A stretch of 63,935 nucleotides of DNA, counting the filler, from Intoshia linei (Eukaryota; Animalia; Orthonectida), in the NCBI GenBank assembly GCA_001642005.1. It is 10 parts of 10 records of this genome, joined end to end, with 100 filler letters (N's around TTAATTAATTAA, not from the genome) between each part and the next. Parts side by side here need not be neighbours in the genome. Positions count along the whole stretch, not along the records: positions 41,556 to 55,491 come from LWCA01000987.1; positions 55,592 to 58,947 come from LWCA01002101.1; positions 59,048 to 62,782 come from LWCA01002044.1; positions 62,883 to 63,935 come from LWCA01002827.1; 6 more parts are not named here. One strand, given 5' to 3'. Position 1 is the first letter of the stretch, and every line of letters begins with the position of its first letter. Under the pieces are notes generated by a model. The model was not told the origin of the DNA. It worked only from the letters and a program-made list of their open reading frames with translations, and searched no databases. This document shows positions 52,819 through 63,935 of this stretch, one piece after another. Made by a program: the position numbers and the translations under genes.

Positions 52819-53699
52819 TATTTGTTGAGCAAATATTTACTATGTCCAATAACTTCACGTTGTCAGATAATTAGGAAATGTATCGATATTTTGACATTCA
52901 AGATTGCTGACTTTTGATCTGAATTTATTGGTTTATTCAAAAAATAAATCTTACTAATGATTAAGTATTGAGCATAGCACAAATAGAAATTATAAATTTG
53001 CTACTTATTGCGAATAAACTGCAGTGGCAAGGTGCGCACACCCTAGAAAATTTAAAAAAATTATATTTTTAAGTTAAATAATTGTAAATAACATAATTTT
53101 TATATCTTAAGTTAGATATCATATCATAGTTCATATTAGATAGTTATATCAAATGTCAATAATAACTTATCTTTAAAAAACAATAGTACAAAATTTTACT
53201 CATAATAAAATTCAATTAAATAAAATTTGTACATCGTAAAAATTGGATATGATTTTCTATAGAGATTTATATTCTAAAATTATACTCACGGACCTTGAGT
53301 CAAGGTGTATTGAAAATTTACCGCACACAATTTCATAGTATTTTGCAGTGTTATAATTATTATTATAATAGTTTAATGTACTATTTACATCAAAATAGTT
53401 TGCATAAATCGAATTTAAAGTTTAAAAGTACTATATTGCCTAAAATAATTTTTATATTGAAATTTAATTATACAATTTAGTTTTTTAATATTTGTTAAAA
53501 TATATTGAAAAGTTTCGTACGATAAAAATAAAAACAAGGGTGTTTCAGAACTTAAATTTCACTAATGGAACAATCTGTCTATATATTTGTTTGAAAAAAT
53601 TGCAAATAGAACATTTTAATTATTATTCTATAAAAACTGTATAACACATTTAACATTATCATAATATTTAATTAAAACGAATTTTTATCAATTCATATA

Positions 53700-54345
53700 A
53701 AATTCTTGAGACTCGTTGTCCATTTTAATTAACATACTTATAATGTCCTTTTTAGAATCTGTTAGTTTATTTTTAATAGGAATTCGACGAGGTAGCGGGA
53801 ATACATTTTTAAATGTTTGAGAATTTTTGTAAGGAATTATCATCACTTTTCAGAGATATAGTAATTGAAATATCTACATTTCTCCATTAAATGTCATCAT
53901 AATCGAATTTTATTTTAATCATTGTGGATAATTTTGAATATTGAATTATTTTTAATTTTGAATATTGCATGTTATTGTACTGTAAATTTTTTGATAATGC
54001 AGAATAATTATAAAAACTTGTTAAATGGATATTATTAAAGGGATTCTTGAAATTTGTTCATTAAAATATTTAAATTTCAACTTCATAAGAATAATAGATT
54101 CCTAAAGGATAATACTTATTTTACCCTGGTAGACCTTCTCTTTTTTATTCATTTTTAACGGGGAAGTGAGAAAAGAGTAGATTTTGACTACCGCTGTGGG
54201 GTAACCTCATAAGAATGATAGGAGAATCAAATGATACATTTTTTGGGTATTTTTCAATTTAAGAATGTATGTTGTCTACTTCTTGACTTAAAGAATGTCC
54301 TGGTTCAGAATACTTATGTGTTATCGTAATAATATTGTTATTTGT
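53700..54345 (-). mobile_element. Degenerate DNA transposase relic (Sola-like)
   Basis: ITHKYSEPGHSLSQEVDNIHS*IEK motif and KLTDSKKDIISML..EFY C-terminal pattern, with stops. Confidence 0.5.
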
Positions 54346-54406
54346 TAAAAAATAAGATATTGCATAACTTAAAAAACTATTCTTGTTTTACGATACACCA
54401 CAGCCT

Positions 54407-54823
54407 CAGAGCCGTTTTAAAGCATGGGCAATATGGGCTGTAGCCCAGGGCCCCTCATTAAAAAATGCCTTAAATTAATAAAAGTTCTTACAATTATATC
54501 TTAAAAAGAGGCCCCCAAATTAATAAAAGTACTTTACATTTATATCTTAGAAAGAGGCCCCAATTTATTAAAAAATATTTCACATTTATATCTTAATTAA
54601 AAAAATGTAATAATTTAAACATTATTTTGATTAAGAAAAAACAAGCAATAACAATTTTGATATGTGTAAAGTATAAATATAGTTATAAAAAGTGATAAAT
54701 TGGAATCACTATTTTCTAATATTGAAATCTGCATGAGAATGTTTCTTTCAATGATAATTGCAAATTGCAAAGGTGAAAACTTTTTCTAAACTAAAAATAA
54801 TTAAGAATGAACTTCGAAATTGC
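54407..54823 (+). mobile_element. hAT element with C-terminal dimerisation-domain relic
   Basis: CAGAGCCG..GC-rich end; SLFSNIEICMRMFLS..ANCKGE..FSKLKIIKNELR (frameshifted). Confidence 0.7.
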
Positions 54824-55011
54824 GTAACCGATACACTTTCTAGAGTATTTTTAAAAAAAATTCTTGGTAGGGTTTTTTTTTAAATGCAAGAAATGTAAAT
54901 TTTATGTAAAATTGGAAATTTCAATGCAAAAAATTATTTAAATTTTCATTTTGTTAACAATTTATACTAAATATAATTATTTTCATTGTAATACTGAAAA
55001 TTAATCATAGT

Positions 55012-55491
55012 TCAACATTTTGAAAATTTATGACAAACTTGAATGTATAGAAATTTAATAAAATGATGAATTTTCAAATGTGCTTGCTTGCAATCTTCTA
55101 TAACTTTTAACAATTGTTGACCATATTTGTCTTTATTAACTTCTGTTACAGCATACTTAGCCCAGGTTTTTTTAAAATTTGCATGTACAGATTCTGAGGC
55201 TTGCTCAGACCATATACCAAGTGCTGATTTATATGAGGAACATAAATCAGAGATATGGAAAAAAATAGCATGGAATTTTGGAGTTATTGTTATGTTAAGC
55301 TTGCAAAAACTTTCTTTAAAATTATTTATCACTTGTTTATAATTTCCTTACAAAGTTTTGCCAAAACAAGATTTCGCAACAGCATTGAAATCATTTAATG
55401 CGGTGACAAATTCAGGATATTGACAGTGCATTTTATCAATCAATAAATGTGTGTGTTGTAATAGCTTTTTACAGTCATTCCCATTAAAAAC
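55012..55491 (-). mobile_element. RAG1/Transib/Chapaev-like transposase C-terminal relic
   Basis: FNGNDCKKLL, ITPKFHAIFFH and LGIWSEQASESVH motifs, with one in-frame stop. Confidence 0.7.
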
Positions 55492-55741
55492 NNNNNNNNN
55501 NNNNNNNNNNNNNNNNNNNNNNNNNNNNNNNNNNNTTAATTAATTAANNNNNNNNNNNNNNNNNNNNNNNNNNNNNNNNNNNNNNNNNNNNTAAAGTCAG
55601 TAAATTTAATTTTTAGGTCAGTTTTTTTGTTATTCTATAGGTCAAAAAAAAAAAATTGCCCTAGTTATAACCCATAACATGAAACCACAACTTATAATCC
55701 GGCCCGTTCATAGCTTCCTGTAATCTTTCGGCTAAAATATA

Positions 55742-56068
55742 CAGTGGTCGCTCCCTAAATTGAACAGTATCTAAATGGTAATGTACATGGTAAGAATATA
55801 CATTCCCGCTCTTGAACATGAACACAATTTATTGTGATTTTTCTCATAAATTTGTTTTAATTTAATTAATTTTCTATATAATTTAAGAAATTTATAAGAA
55901 AATGCGAGTTCTTCAATTTGAACAATTTATTTATTTTAAAATTTTCATTTTTCTCATAAATTTGTTTTAATTTTTTATACCTTTTTTGAATAAACAGTGT
56001 TCAATCTCTAAAATATGAACACTATTTATTTTTTTGCAGGTAGTGTTCAATTTAGAGAGCGATCATTG
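55742..56068. mobile_element. Tc1/mariner-pogo type MITE
   Basis: 25-bp TIRs (CAGTGGTCGCTCCCTAAATTGAACA / CAATGATCGCTCTCTAAATTGAACA) flanked by TA on both sides. Confidence 0.85.
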
Positions 56069-56362
56069 TAATTAAAAATCTTTTGGATTAATTTATGAAA
56101 TAAATTGATGAAATATTTTAATATTAATTGTAGTCTACCCGATATGTGTCATGCTTCTTGGTTAACGATTTAAACATCTTTCATATTTGTTCTTATTTAA
56201 AATGACCATTTTTAATAAACAAATCAATAAGTTCTTCTAAGCCCTGAAATTAAACCCATTCAATAATTTCTATAAAATAAAATAGAATAGTTTCAATAAA
56301 AATGTAAAAAAGATAGTTTCATTTTATTTGCATAAATTAGATTACATTATTTATAAATAAAA

Positions 56363-58499
56363 ATGTTACTACGGAACAGACTCCAGCAAAAAGGGAAATA
56401 CTTGATAAATCAATTTATGGGAATGAAAGAAATGTTTGGCGAAAAATATCCCTACAAACCACCATTCGAAAATGTCAGTTTTTGGGAAAGGGATTTTCCA
56501 TTTGTTCAAAAAATGCCTGGTTTATCTGAAAACTCAAAAATTATCACCGTAGAGGGTAACATGTGCAGTGGAAAAACCAAGTTTGCAAAAGAATTGGCAA
56601 ATTGTTTTGATTTAAAATTGTTTAACCCCATTACAGACAGAGATATTTATTATGACAATAAAGTTGATTTACGGGTTTTTGATCCAGTTTTAACAGATAG
56701 AGCAAAAATCTACACGCTGGACAAATTTTACAGCAATGAAAAACGTTTTGCCGATAAAACACTTGTTTGTCGCCTTCAATTAAATTTTTTCAAAAAAAAG
56801 TTTTACCAATACATTGAAGCTCTCAAACATTTAATTTACACTGGTAACTTTAATATGATAAAAATATTTTTTAAAATTTATAGGGTAACATTTTTATTCG
56901 GAAAATAGGGTTTAATGGAAAAAATTTGTATATTATTCTAAAATTCCTGATGAACCCTGAACTACAATGATTTATTTCATTAATGAATTTTTATTTATCA
57001 AATTCAAATTTTAGGGCAAGGAGTCGTTCTAGTCAATTCTGCAATTTATGATTACGCATATACAGAAACTCTCTACAAAAATGGATACATTACCAAAAAT
57101 TGTATGCTTAATTTTATATTGAAAGTATAATTCGAATTTTTAGTTTACGATTACATGAAAAGATTATACAAGTTTACTATACCAGAGTTTTTTTACCCCC
57201 ACTTGATAGTTAATTTGGATATTCCATCAAAGGATTTATTTAAGAATATTAAAAATGGAAAACGCGATAGAGAAAAAAATTCAAAATTTTTGACTGAAAA
57301 TTTTTTAAATGAAATTAGAAATGGTTGTCAAATAAGAAATGAAAAATACAAGTTTTTTATATTTTTGAATTTATAAAAAAATTTAGAAAATATTGTGAAT
57401 TAATTGAAGTTGATGTTTCTAAACCTTTAGTTGATGTGGAATTAGATGAGGTAAGATTAATGTTCATGATGGATAATTTTTTCATTTAAATTAAGTATTT
57501 CCACATTTAGTCCAATTAATTTAATTAATAAACGCAAATTCAAAAATAGTATTCACGAAATAAATTATGCATTACAATCATATTTTTCAATAAATAGGAA
57601 CTTTATATCATTACTTTTACAACAAATTATATGAAAATTTTCGTTAACTGAAATAATATCACCACTGGTTATTAACCAGTGTGTTATAATTATAATTCAC
57701 TAGTTATTCTCGACGTTTGTGTTTTTTAGGGCTCCAAGGATCGTATGGACAACCTTGATAGCCTGAGTTTAAATTTAAATTAGATATTTTATGACATCTC
57801 TAAAATGCAATTGGATCCACCTGAATATCCGAAATGGAATGACATTAAATTTTATCATTGGCAATATCTTAGCGTGCATTTAGTGGAAGAACTGATTATT
57901 AGGTATTTTTAAATTAATTTTAAATATATTTTGGATATTCATTTACTTTTAAAAATATCTTTTTTGGATTTTGGGGGTCTACGACGTTTATTACTCTGAG
58001 AAACACTGTTTTAGATTTTTTACTTAAATAATTAACCATCGCACAGTTTTTTGTGGTGTCATAATTCGCACGAGTATGTGCGATGGGTTCCCAAAGAGTT
58101 AACAAACGATGCGTAGTGTCATTTATTCAGTGGCGGATCTAGGATTTTCAGCCAGGGGGCGAAATTATTATTAGGGGAGCAAACGCATATAATGTATTAA
58201 AATTGGAATTTTTATATTATATTTTTTTTCTAGTTTGTCGTATAGAATGTGTAAAACTGTGAAATGTACACAATGTGTATGCATTCTATACAACATATCT
58301 AATGATAAACAGTGTATACAGTAATAATTAGTAAACTATTAGTAATAAGTCATACACTTATTCATAATATTGTATGGTTCCGTTTAGTTATGATGAAAAT
58401 CGTTTGGACGACTTATTTGATCAAATTAAAGCTGTCGCTTGTCCTGAATATTTAGTTTATGGTGAAGAAGTTGCTCAATGGACAAGTATTAATAGAAGA
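56363..58499 (+). CDS. NDUFA10: NADH dehydrogenase 1 alpha subcomplex subunit 10 (dNK fold), multi-exon, 3' end not visible
   Basis: ENSKIITVEGNMCSGKTKFAKELA, RLQ..F..QYIEALKHLIYT|GQGVVL, PHLIVNLDIP. Confidence 0.9.
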
Positions 58500-59676
58500 G
58501 TATTTTATATTAATATTTATTCAATCTTTCATTACATAACTTATTTGTAAAAAATCTGTTTTATTTTTATCTGTGTTAATAATAGTATTATCTTAAAGTA
58601 CTAATAGTACTAAAAAAACTAATTTTTATCTTTTCACTAATATCTACGATCACCATGGAGGATTATTGTTCTAATGGGTGATCAAATGCACTAAAATTTG
58701 AGTAAATTGAGATATGATGGAAGCAGTGGCGACTCTGGCTAATCGAGATCACTCGGGCTAAAGTTTCTATGACAACCACACATTTTTTTTTTCAAATTAT
58801 ATTTGAAAATATAAATATCAAAAAAAAATTTACAAATAAGAAGTAATTATTAGAGTCGACAAATGCACTTTTTTATGGCACTAAAGTTACTAAACAACAA
58901 TTGATGCAAAGTTCATTAAATTTATTTGAATTGAAAATGAAATAGTCNNNNNNNNNNNNNNNNNNNNNNNNNNNNNNNNNNNNNNNNNNNNTTAATTAAT
59001 TAANNNNNNNNNNNNNNNNNNNNNNNNNNNNNNNNNNNNNNNNNNNNTGTATATAAGCATCTAATTATTCCTGAGCGGCATTGCATTTAAGATACCGTTG
59101 ATACCCTAGTCCTCATAGATAAGTAGTTTTGGCTTTACATTTAACACCAAATAAACTAGAAGTGATAGTACATGTAGTGATATATCGCTATTTTACTAAT
59201 CGAGATTCGAATATATACTTTTGATATAACTCACTTGTGATGTCTAACTGGTATAGTAATATAATTGTATTCTGCGTTGCTAGGTTCAAAGGTTCCCGGT
59301 TCAAATAGTGTACGGACCCCCATTTCAAAAAATTTATTTTTTTGATCCCAAGGGAAACATGAAATATAAAACATTGATGAAAAAATTAAAGATTTTTTAT
59401 TATAGGATATAGTAAAATCGTGTTTTTTAAAAAATATTGAGAAAAAAGTATTTCTCCTTAAGGGTTGATAAAATTGGATTTTCCCCTAGGCCTTAAAAAT
59501 GTATTTTTATTATATTACATTGATGTTGGAATAAAAGTAGGATTTTTGAAATAATAATGTAGCGGTCGTCTGGGCTTTTGGATGACAACATCATCTTACC
59601 ATCAAATTGGCAAAATTTGAATCGACAAAAAAGAAAAACGTTAAACCCAAGTAATATAAAGTAAAATTTAATGATT

Positions 59677-59835
59677 TAAAATCGATTTTGTATCAAAATA
59701 TTGTAAACAGTACGTTGTTTTATCCCAGGTCGACAAGCGACTTCAATAGAATCACATCCTGTTTCTTTTTCATGTAGCAAAAGTTGTTTATTTTCATCCG
59801 AAACTATTTTATATTTTCCCCGTTGGATTGGACAT
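59677..59835 (-). mobile_element. Transposase N-terminal HTH relic
   Basis: RGKYKIVSDENKQLLL...EVACRPGIKQRTVYNIL. Confidence 0.4.
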
Positions 59836-60138
59836 TTTTTTGATTCGATAAATAAAAGGATAACACAATGAACTCTTTATTAAGTTTGCGAAGTACAGCA
59901 TAAGAAAATGTTTGTTCCTGTATAATCCATGAAACATGATTGAATTTTTCTTTTTGGATCACATAGAGAAATTTTTGATCTAAAAGATTGGTAAAATTTT
60001 GGTTTTTTCTCATAAGATTTCACTAAATTGAATAACTATAACAAAAGTTATTTTAGCTCAAACTATTTAAATTATGATTAAACATAAATTTAATTAGTAT
60101 GGAAGTTTTTATTAATAAAATTTTTTTTCAATGTAGAA

Positions 60139-60648
60139 CAGCCATTCTCAACGGAGTCCACAGCACTTTTTTGAGGGTCCATGAAAATTATACACATTTA
60201 TTACATATTATAGACATTTTCAGTACATAAAGTCATTTTTTCTTAACTAACGTCATATTTTCAAATAATAATAATAAATAAGAAAGTAATAAAGTTGAAA
60301 AAAAGACTTTACAATTTTAAAATATGATGTTAACTATGAAAAAGTGACTTTATGTAAATAATTTTTAGAAAAAAATTAATTCAAATAAACTAAAATTGAT
60401 TAGGATCGACATTTTTTCTTCACATGATTGTTTATCTGCATATATTGTAAAATTAAATAATAACGTTAGTATTAAAATTTAAAAATTTGTTAAATATTAA
60501 TAGTTCATCAACTTTATCATCTCGAAAAACTATAGTACTCCATCTCATTTGGCCATCATTCGTTTCACACAAATGTAATCATTCATTACATTTGTAATTA
60601 TTATTCATTTTTTTGAGGGTCCAGAGCGAAAAGGGTTGAGAATGCCTG
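60139..60648. mobile_element. hAT Buster/Charlie-like MITE
   Basis: TIR CAG(C/G)CATTCTCAAC and 8-bp TSD atgtagaa/atgtataa with central TA. Confidence 0.85.
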
Positions 60649-62120
60649 ATGTATAATACGGAAAATGCGTTTAAAATACATTTTCGTCAGTACTAAGGTC
60701 AATACACTGGGTACTATTTACATACAACTAAATGTCAATTTTTAATTCCTACAACCATCCATCCCGAATAGGCATCTTGAGGTAAGGCAGCATCGGTTCT
60801 GCGAAAATTTGTTCAAATCGAAAATATTACTTATCAAATTTGAAAATACTTTTTAGTATCTCACAGAAAAACAAAAAAACATAAGAATGATAGTATACTA
60901 AAAATAGAATACTAGAAAAAATATATCTTTACGATTCAGTGATTTTTTAATTTATACTATTATGTATAATGTAGCGTATTTAAAAAAAATTTCGCTACCA
61001 ATTAATGCGACGTGCCTATTTAAATGAAATAATAAAATAGTTTATTCATGTTATTCATAAACACTTTAACATACATTTACTACTTTGTAATTAAAAATAA
61101 TCTTTTATATTTGTATATTAAAATTAAATTATTCTAGTTTAATTGTTTTTATGATTTTTTTAAACAATTATATATCTTATTGGCCTTACCTTCAAATTAT
61201 AGTTTAAAATAAAATTCACTAAATTATAATTATATTAATGCTTTAAGTGGTTTTTAGGAGGTGCTGCAAGAATTTTTTAAATATTTACAATAATTATTTT
61301 TACCGTGAAGATTTTTTTGTATGAAATGTGGTTCCGTTATCTTCAGTCCGTGAACAACTATTGTAGAGAATTATAAAGAATTGCCAAATCTAAAAAAATA
61401 CAGAAAGGAACTATGAAATTTTTTCAAAAAAAACACACATTCAAAATGAAATACAATGATGATTCAAAGGAAATTATCTAACACAAAAAACGATTATACA
61501 CTAGAGTGGTTCTCAACATTCTTAACGACCACGAATGACATTTACCTATTTCATGTTATTCGTGGGTTCATATAATAAAATCTTATTAACACAATCAATA
61601 TATTAATAGAAATTTTTTTTCAATATTCTCCGTGACCTTTAGGTAACCTACCAAAAATAATTAAAACTATTCAGATATGACTAGCCAGTCGGTTTCAATT
61701 CTAATCCCAACCGTGAGTCTCAAATAGAAAAATTGTTACTCACAAATGTCATGATTGACAAATAATACTGATTATCGGTCAAATGATTAAGACTAGGGAC
61801 TACTTACCTATAACTTACCAAATAAGTTACGGTTGCTAGAAAAGTACGGAATGAATCGATTTTAGTTAATTTCAACTACATTAAGACATACGAAGATCAA
61901 CACTAAACTATACTGCAAGACTACATAATAAGAAATCTACACTATCTGTACATAAAATGTATATTTAAACTAAGATCTACATTAAAATTAAAAATGTAGA
62001 AGACTATTCGTTTATAAATTTTAATCCTATTCTTATGTGTAAATGCGTGACCTAAAAAAACTATATTTAACTAATATTCAACAAAATCGATGTAATTTAA
62101 TATATTGTAAAAGATGTACT

Positions 62121-62781
62121 CTAATAGCCAGCATCATAATTATATCTATCAGGGCGATAATTTGGAGCAGGTTCATCGTATCTTTGAGCATATCTATATT
62201 GATCTAAAAAGATATATAGACCATCAAAAAAAATTTTATTAACCTGGTCCAGGAGCATAACCAGTATTATTATCATATCCTGAATAATTATCTTGATAAG
62301 GACCTAATCAAATGAATATAAAATTAACAAAATAAATAAAACCTCTTGCAGCGTATGGATCTTGACGATAAGAATCATTATATTCCTCTCTACCATTAGG
62401 TCGATAATCATTATAACTGTTTCGTGGCGCCCCTCTAGAATAAGGAGTTCTATCACCCGACATTCCTAAAATATACAATTAAAATAAAAAATAAAATATG
62501 CTAGTACCGCCCTGCTGTTGCTCTTTGGGTAAAGCTTTTTTAACTTGAAGATCCACCCCATTAACTCTATGATGCTCCATTCCTAAATACATTAAAAATT
62601 TAAATTTAAAAAACCAACCTGAAAGTTTATCGACAGGATCGGAATCGTCGTATTCCACAAAAGCAAAACCTCTCAACGCACCAGCCTTGTCTTTGATAAT
62701 ATCAATGCTCTTCACATTACCATACGGGTTAAAATAATCTTCCAAACTTTGCTGTGTAGTTTTGTCATTAATTCCATAAAC
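62121..62781 (-). CDS. hnRNP A/B-like RNA-binding protein, second RRM and low-complexity C-terminus (5' end lost at gap)
   Basis: RGFAFVEYDDSDPVDK..H.VNG...VKKALPK, then a Y/R/D/G-rich tail across four short introns. Confidence 0.85.
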
Positions 62782-62882
62782 ANNNNNNNNNNNNNNNNNN
62801 NNNNNNNNNNNNNNNNNNNNNNNNNNTTAATTAATTAANNNNNNNNNNNNNNNNNNNNNNNNNNNNNNNNNNNNNNNNNNNN

Positions 62883-63609
62883 TGTGTTATTATTTGAGAT
62901 CTGATTTCTTTTCGGTAATATGACTTAAAGGTTCGTGTTATGCCCTGATCATACGGCTGAATAATAGACGTTGTATTCGCCGGTAAAACATTATTTTGAT
63001 ATGATTTAATTGACCAATGTTTTTGTGAGCCGTGCAATTGTCAAGTAATAACAGAATTTTATGATCCAAAGATAAATCCCATTTAATCAGTTAATCTGTG
63101 AATATAGATTTAGTCATCCAAGAATTTTGACTACTTGCATAATCAACGGGTAACATTCTAATGCCTCTAAAGCATCGTGGGCTTTTGCTTTTCCCGATTA
63201 CCAATAGTTTTTTTTTGTGGCCTTCCATATTGACGCAGCACAATAATGTAAGTCGTTCTTTGATTACTTTAAACCCCTTACAGCTGTCATTTTTAAATAA
63301 GTATGTATGATTAGGCATTGCTCGAAAATATAATCCGGTTTCATCAGCATTGTAAATGTTCTTCGGACTATATTCATTTACAATTCTAGGCCACTCGGTT
63401 TTTTGCCAATCATCAGCTGCTACAAAATCTGATACACATTGAATATTCATTTTATTCTTTAAAATTGTGTTCAAAAGAGATTGTGATATTTTGAGTTTTG
63501 TAGCAGCACTGCGTTGACTCATTTTTGGCAGTTTTTTATATTCCATTATTATTTCTTTTTTCTCTTGAATTGTTAAATTTGATTTTTTCTTGTGTTCTGA
63601 CATTTTCAT
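62883..63609 (-). mobile_element. Tigger (TIGD4/6-like) transposase, degenerate
   Basis: HTH, IYNADETGL, KERLT, SQNSWMT, LPANTTSIIQPYDQG. Internal deletion and stops. Confidence 0.9.
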
Positions 63610-63935
63610 ATAAATTTAACTTAACTTTATCTCAATATTAAAAATAATACAATGATATCTTGATATGGTAATCTACAAAAACGGCACAAACAAAAACGCC
63701 ACACATTTATAATTACGTACTTATGAAATACTTATTAACAAAATATAATACTTCAGACTTGAGACTGTTAATGTTTATTTGTCAATTATAATTATAATAA
63801 ATGTTCATTTCAACATTTAAATTTAAATGTAAAGTTTAAAAAATTAACAAATTGATCACTATAACCGAATTTTTAATCACGATAAGAGGATTAAATTCCA
63901 TACATTTTGATCAAAATGTACGGGATTCTTAATTT

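Noticed and set aside
33082-58499. Cluster of mitochondrial genes (NDUFB8, MRPL21/LYRM4, NDUFA10)
   Set aside because: They lie on different gap-separated segments, so linkage is unproven.

Overview
AT-rich eukaryotic (animal) genomic DNA, not prokaryotic. Genes are tightly packed, strongly divergent and have many 33-41 nt GT-AG introns, which suggests a reduced invertebrate/parasite genome (orthonectid-like is my inference only). The window is 10 contig segments joined by nine 100-nt N-TTAATTAATTAA-N linkers, so linkage across gaps is unproven. Recognisable genes: an adaptor-complex mu subunit (3' part), an intronless VPS10-domain receptor, a voltage-gated Na channel fragment, CFAP251/WDR66, PIGL, MPP5/stardust, EME1, NDUFB8, collagen-like and MAM-domain exons, MRPL21, RPB1 (POLR2A), a serpin, NDUFA10 and an hnRNP A/B-like gene. 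Two small spliced genes are absent from the ORF track: RPL29, nested antisense in a 361-nt PIGL intron, and LYRM4/ISD11, whose stop lies 47 nt upstream of the MRPL21 ATG. The dominant repeat is a non-autonomous Helitron family (A^TC...hairpin-CTAG^T) with variable internal cargo; one copy carries a captured UBA2/SAE2 fragment. There are also hAT, Tigger/pogo, Gypsy, LINE, Sola-like and RAG1/Transib-like relics. Top leads: Helitron gene capture and cargo swapping, nested RPL29, the LYRM4-MRPL21 tandem, three G>A changes at conserved Nav glycines (possible restorative A-to-I editing), and a bipartite Asn7-rich Pol II CTD. All protein identities come from my recall of family motifs, not from database searches.
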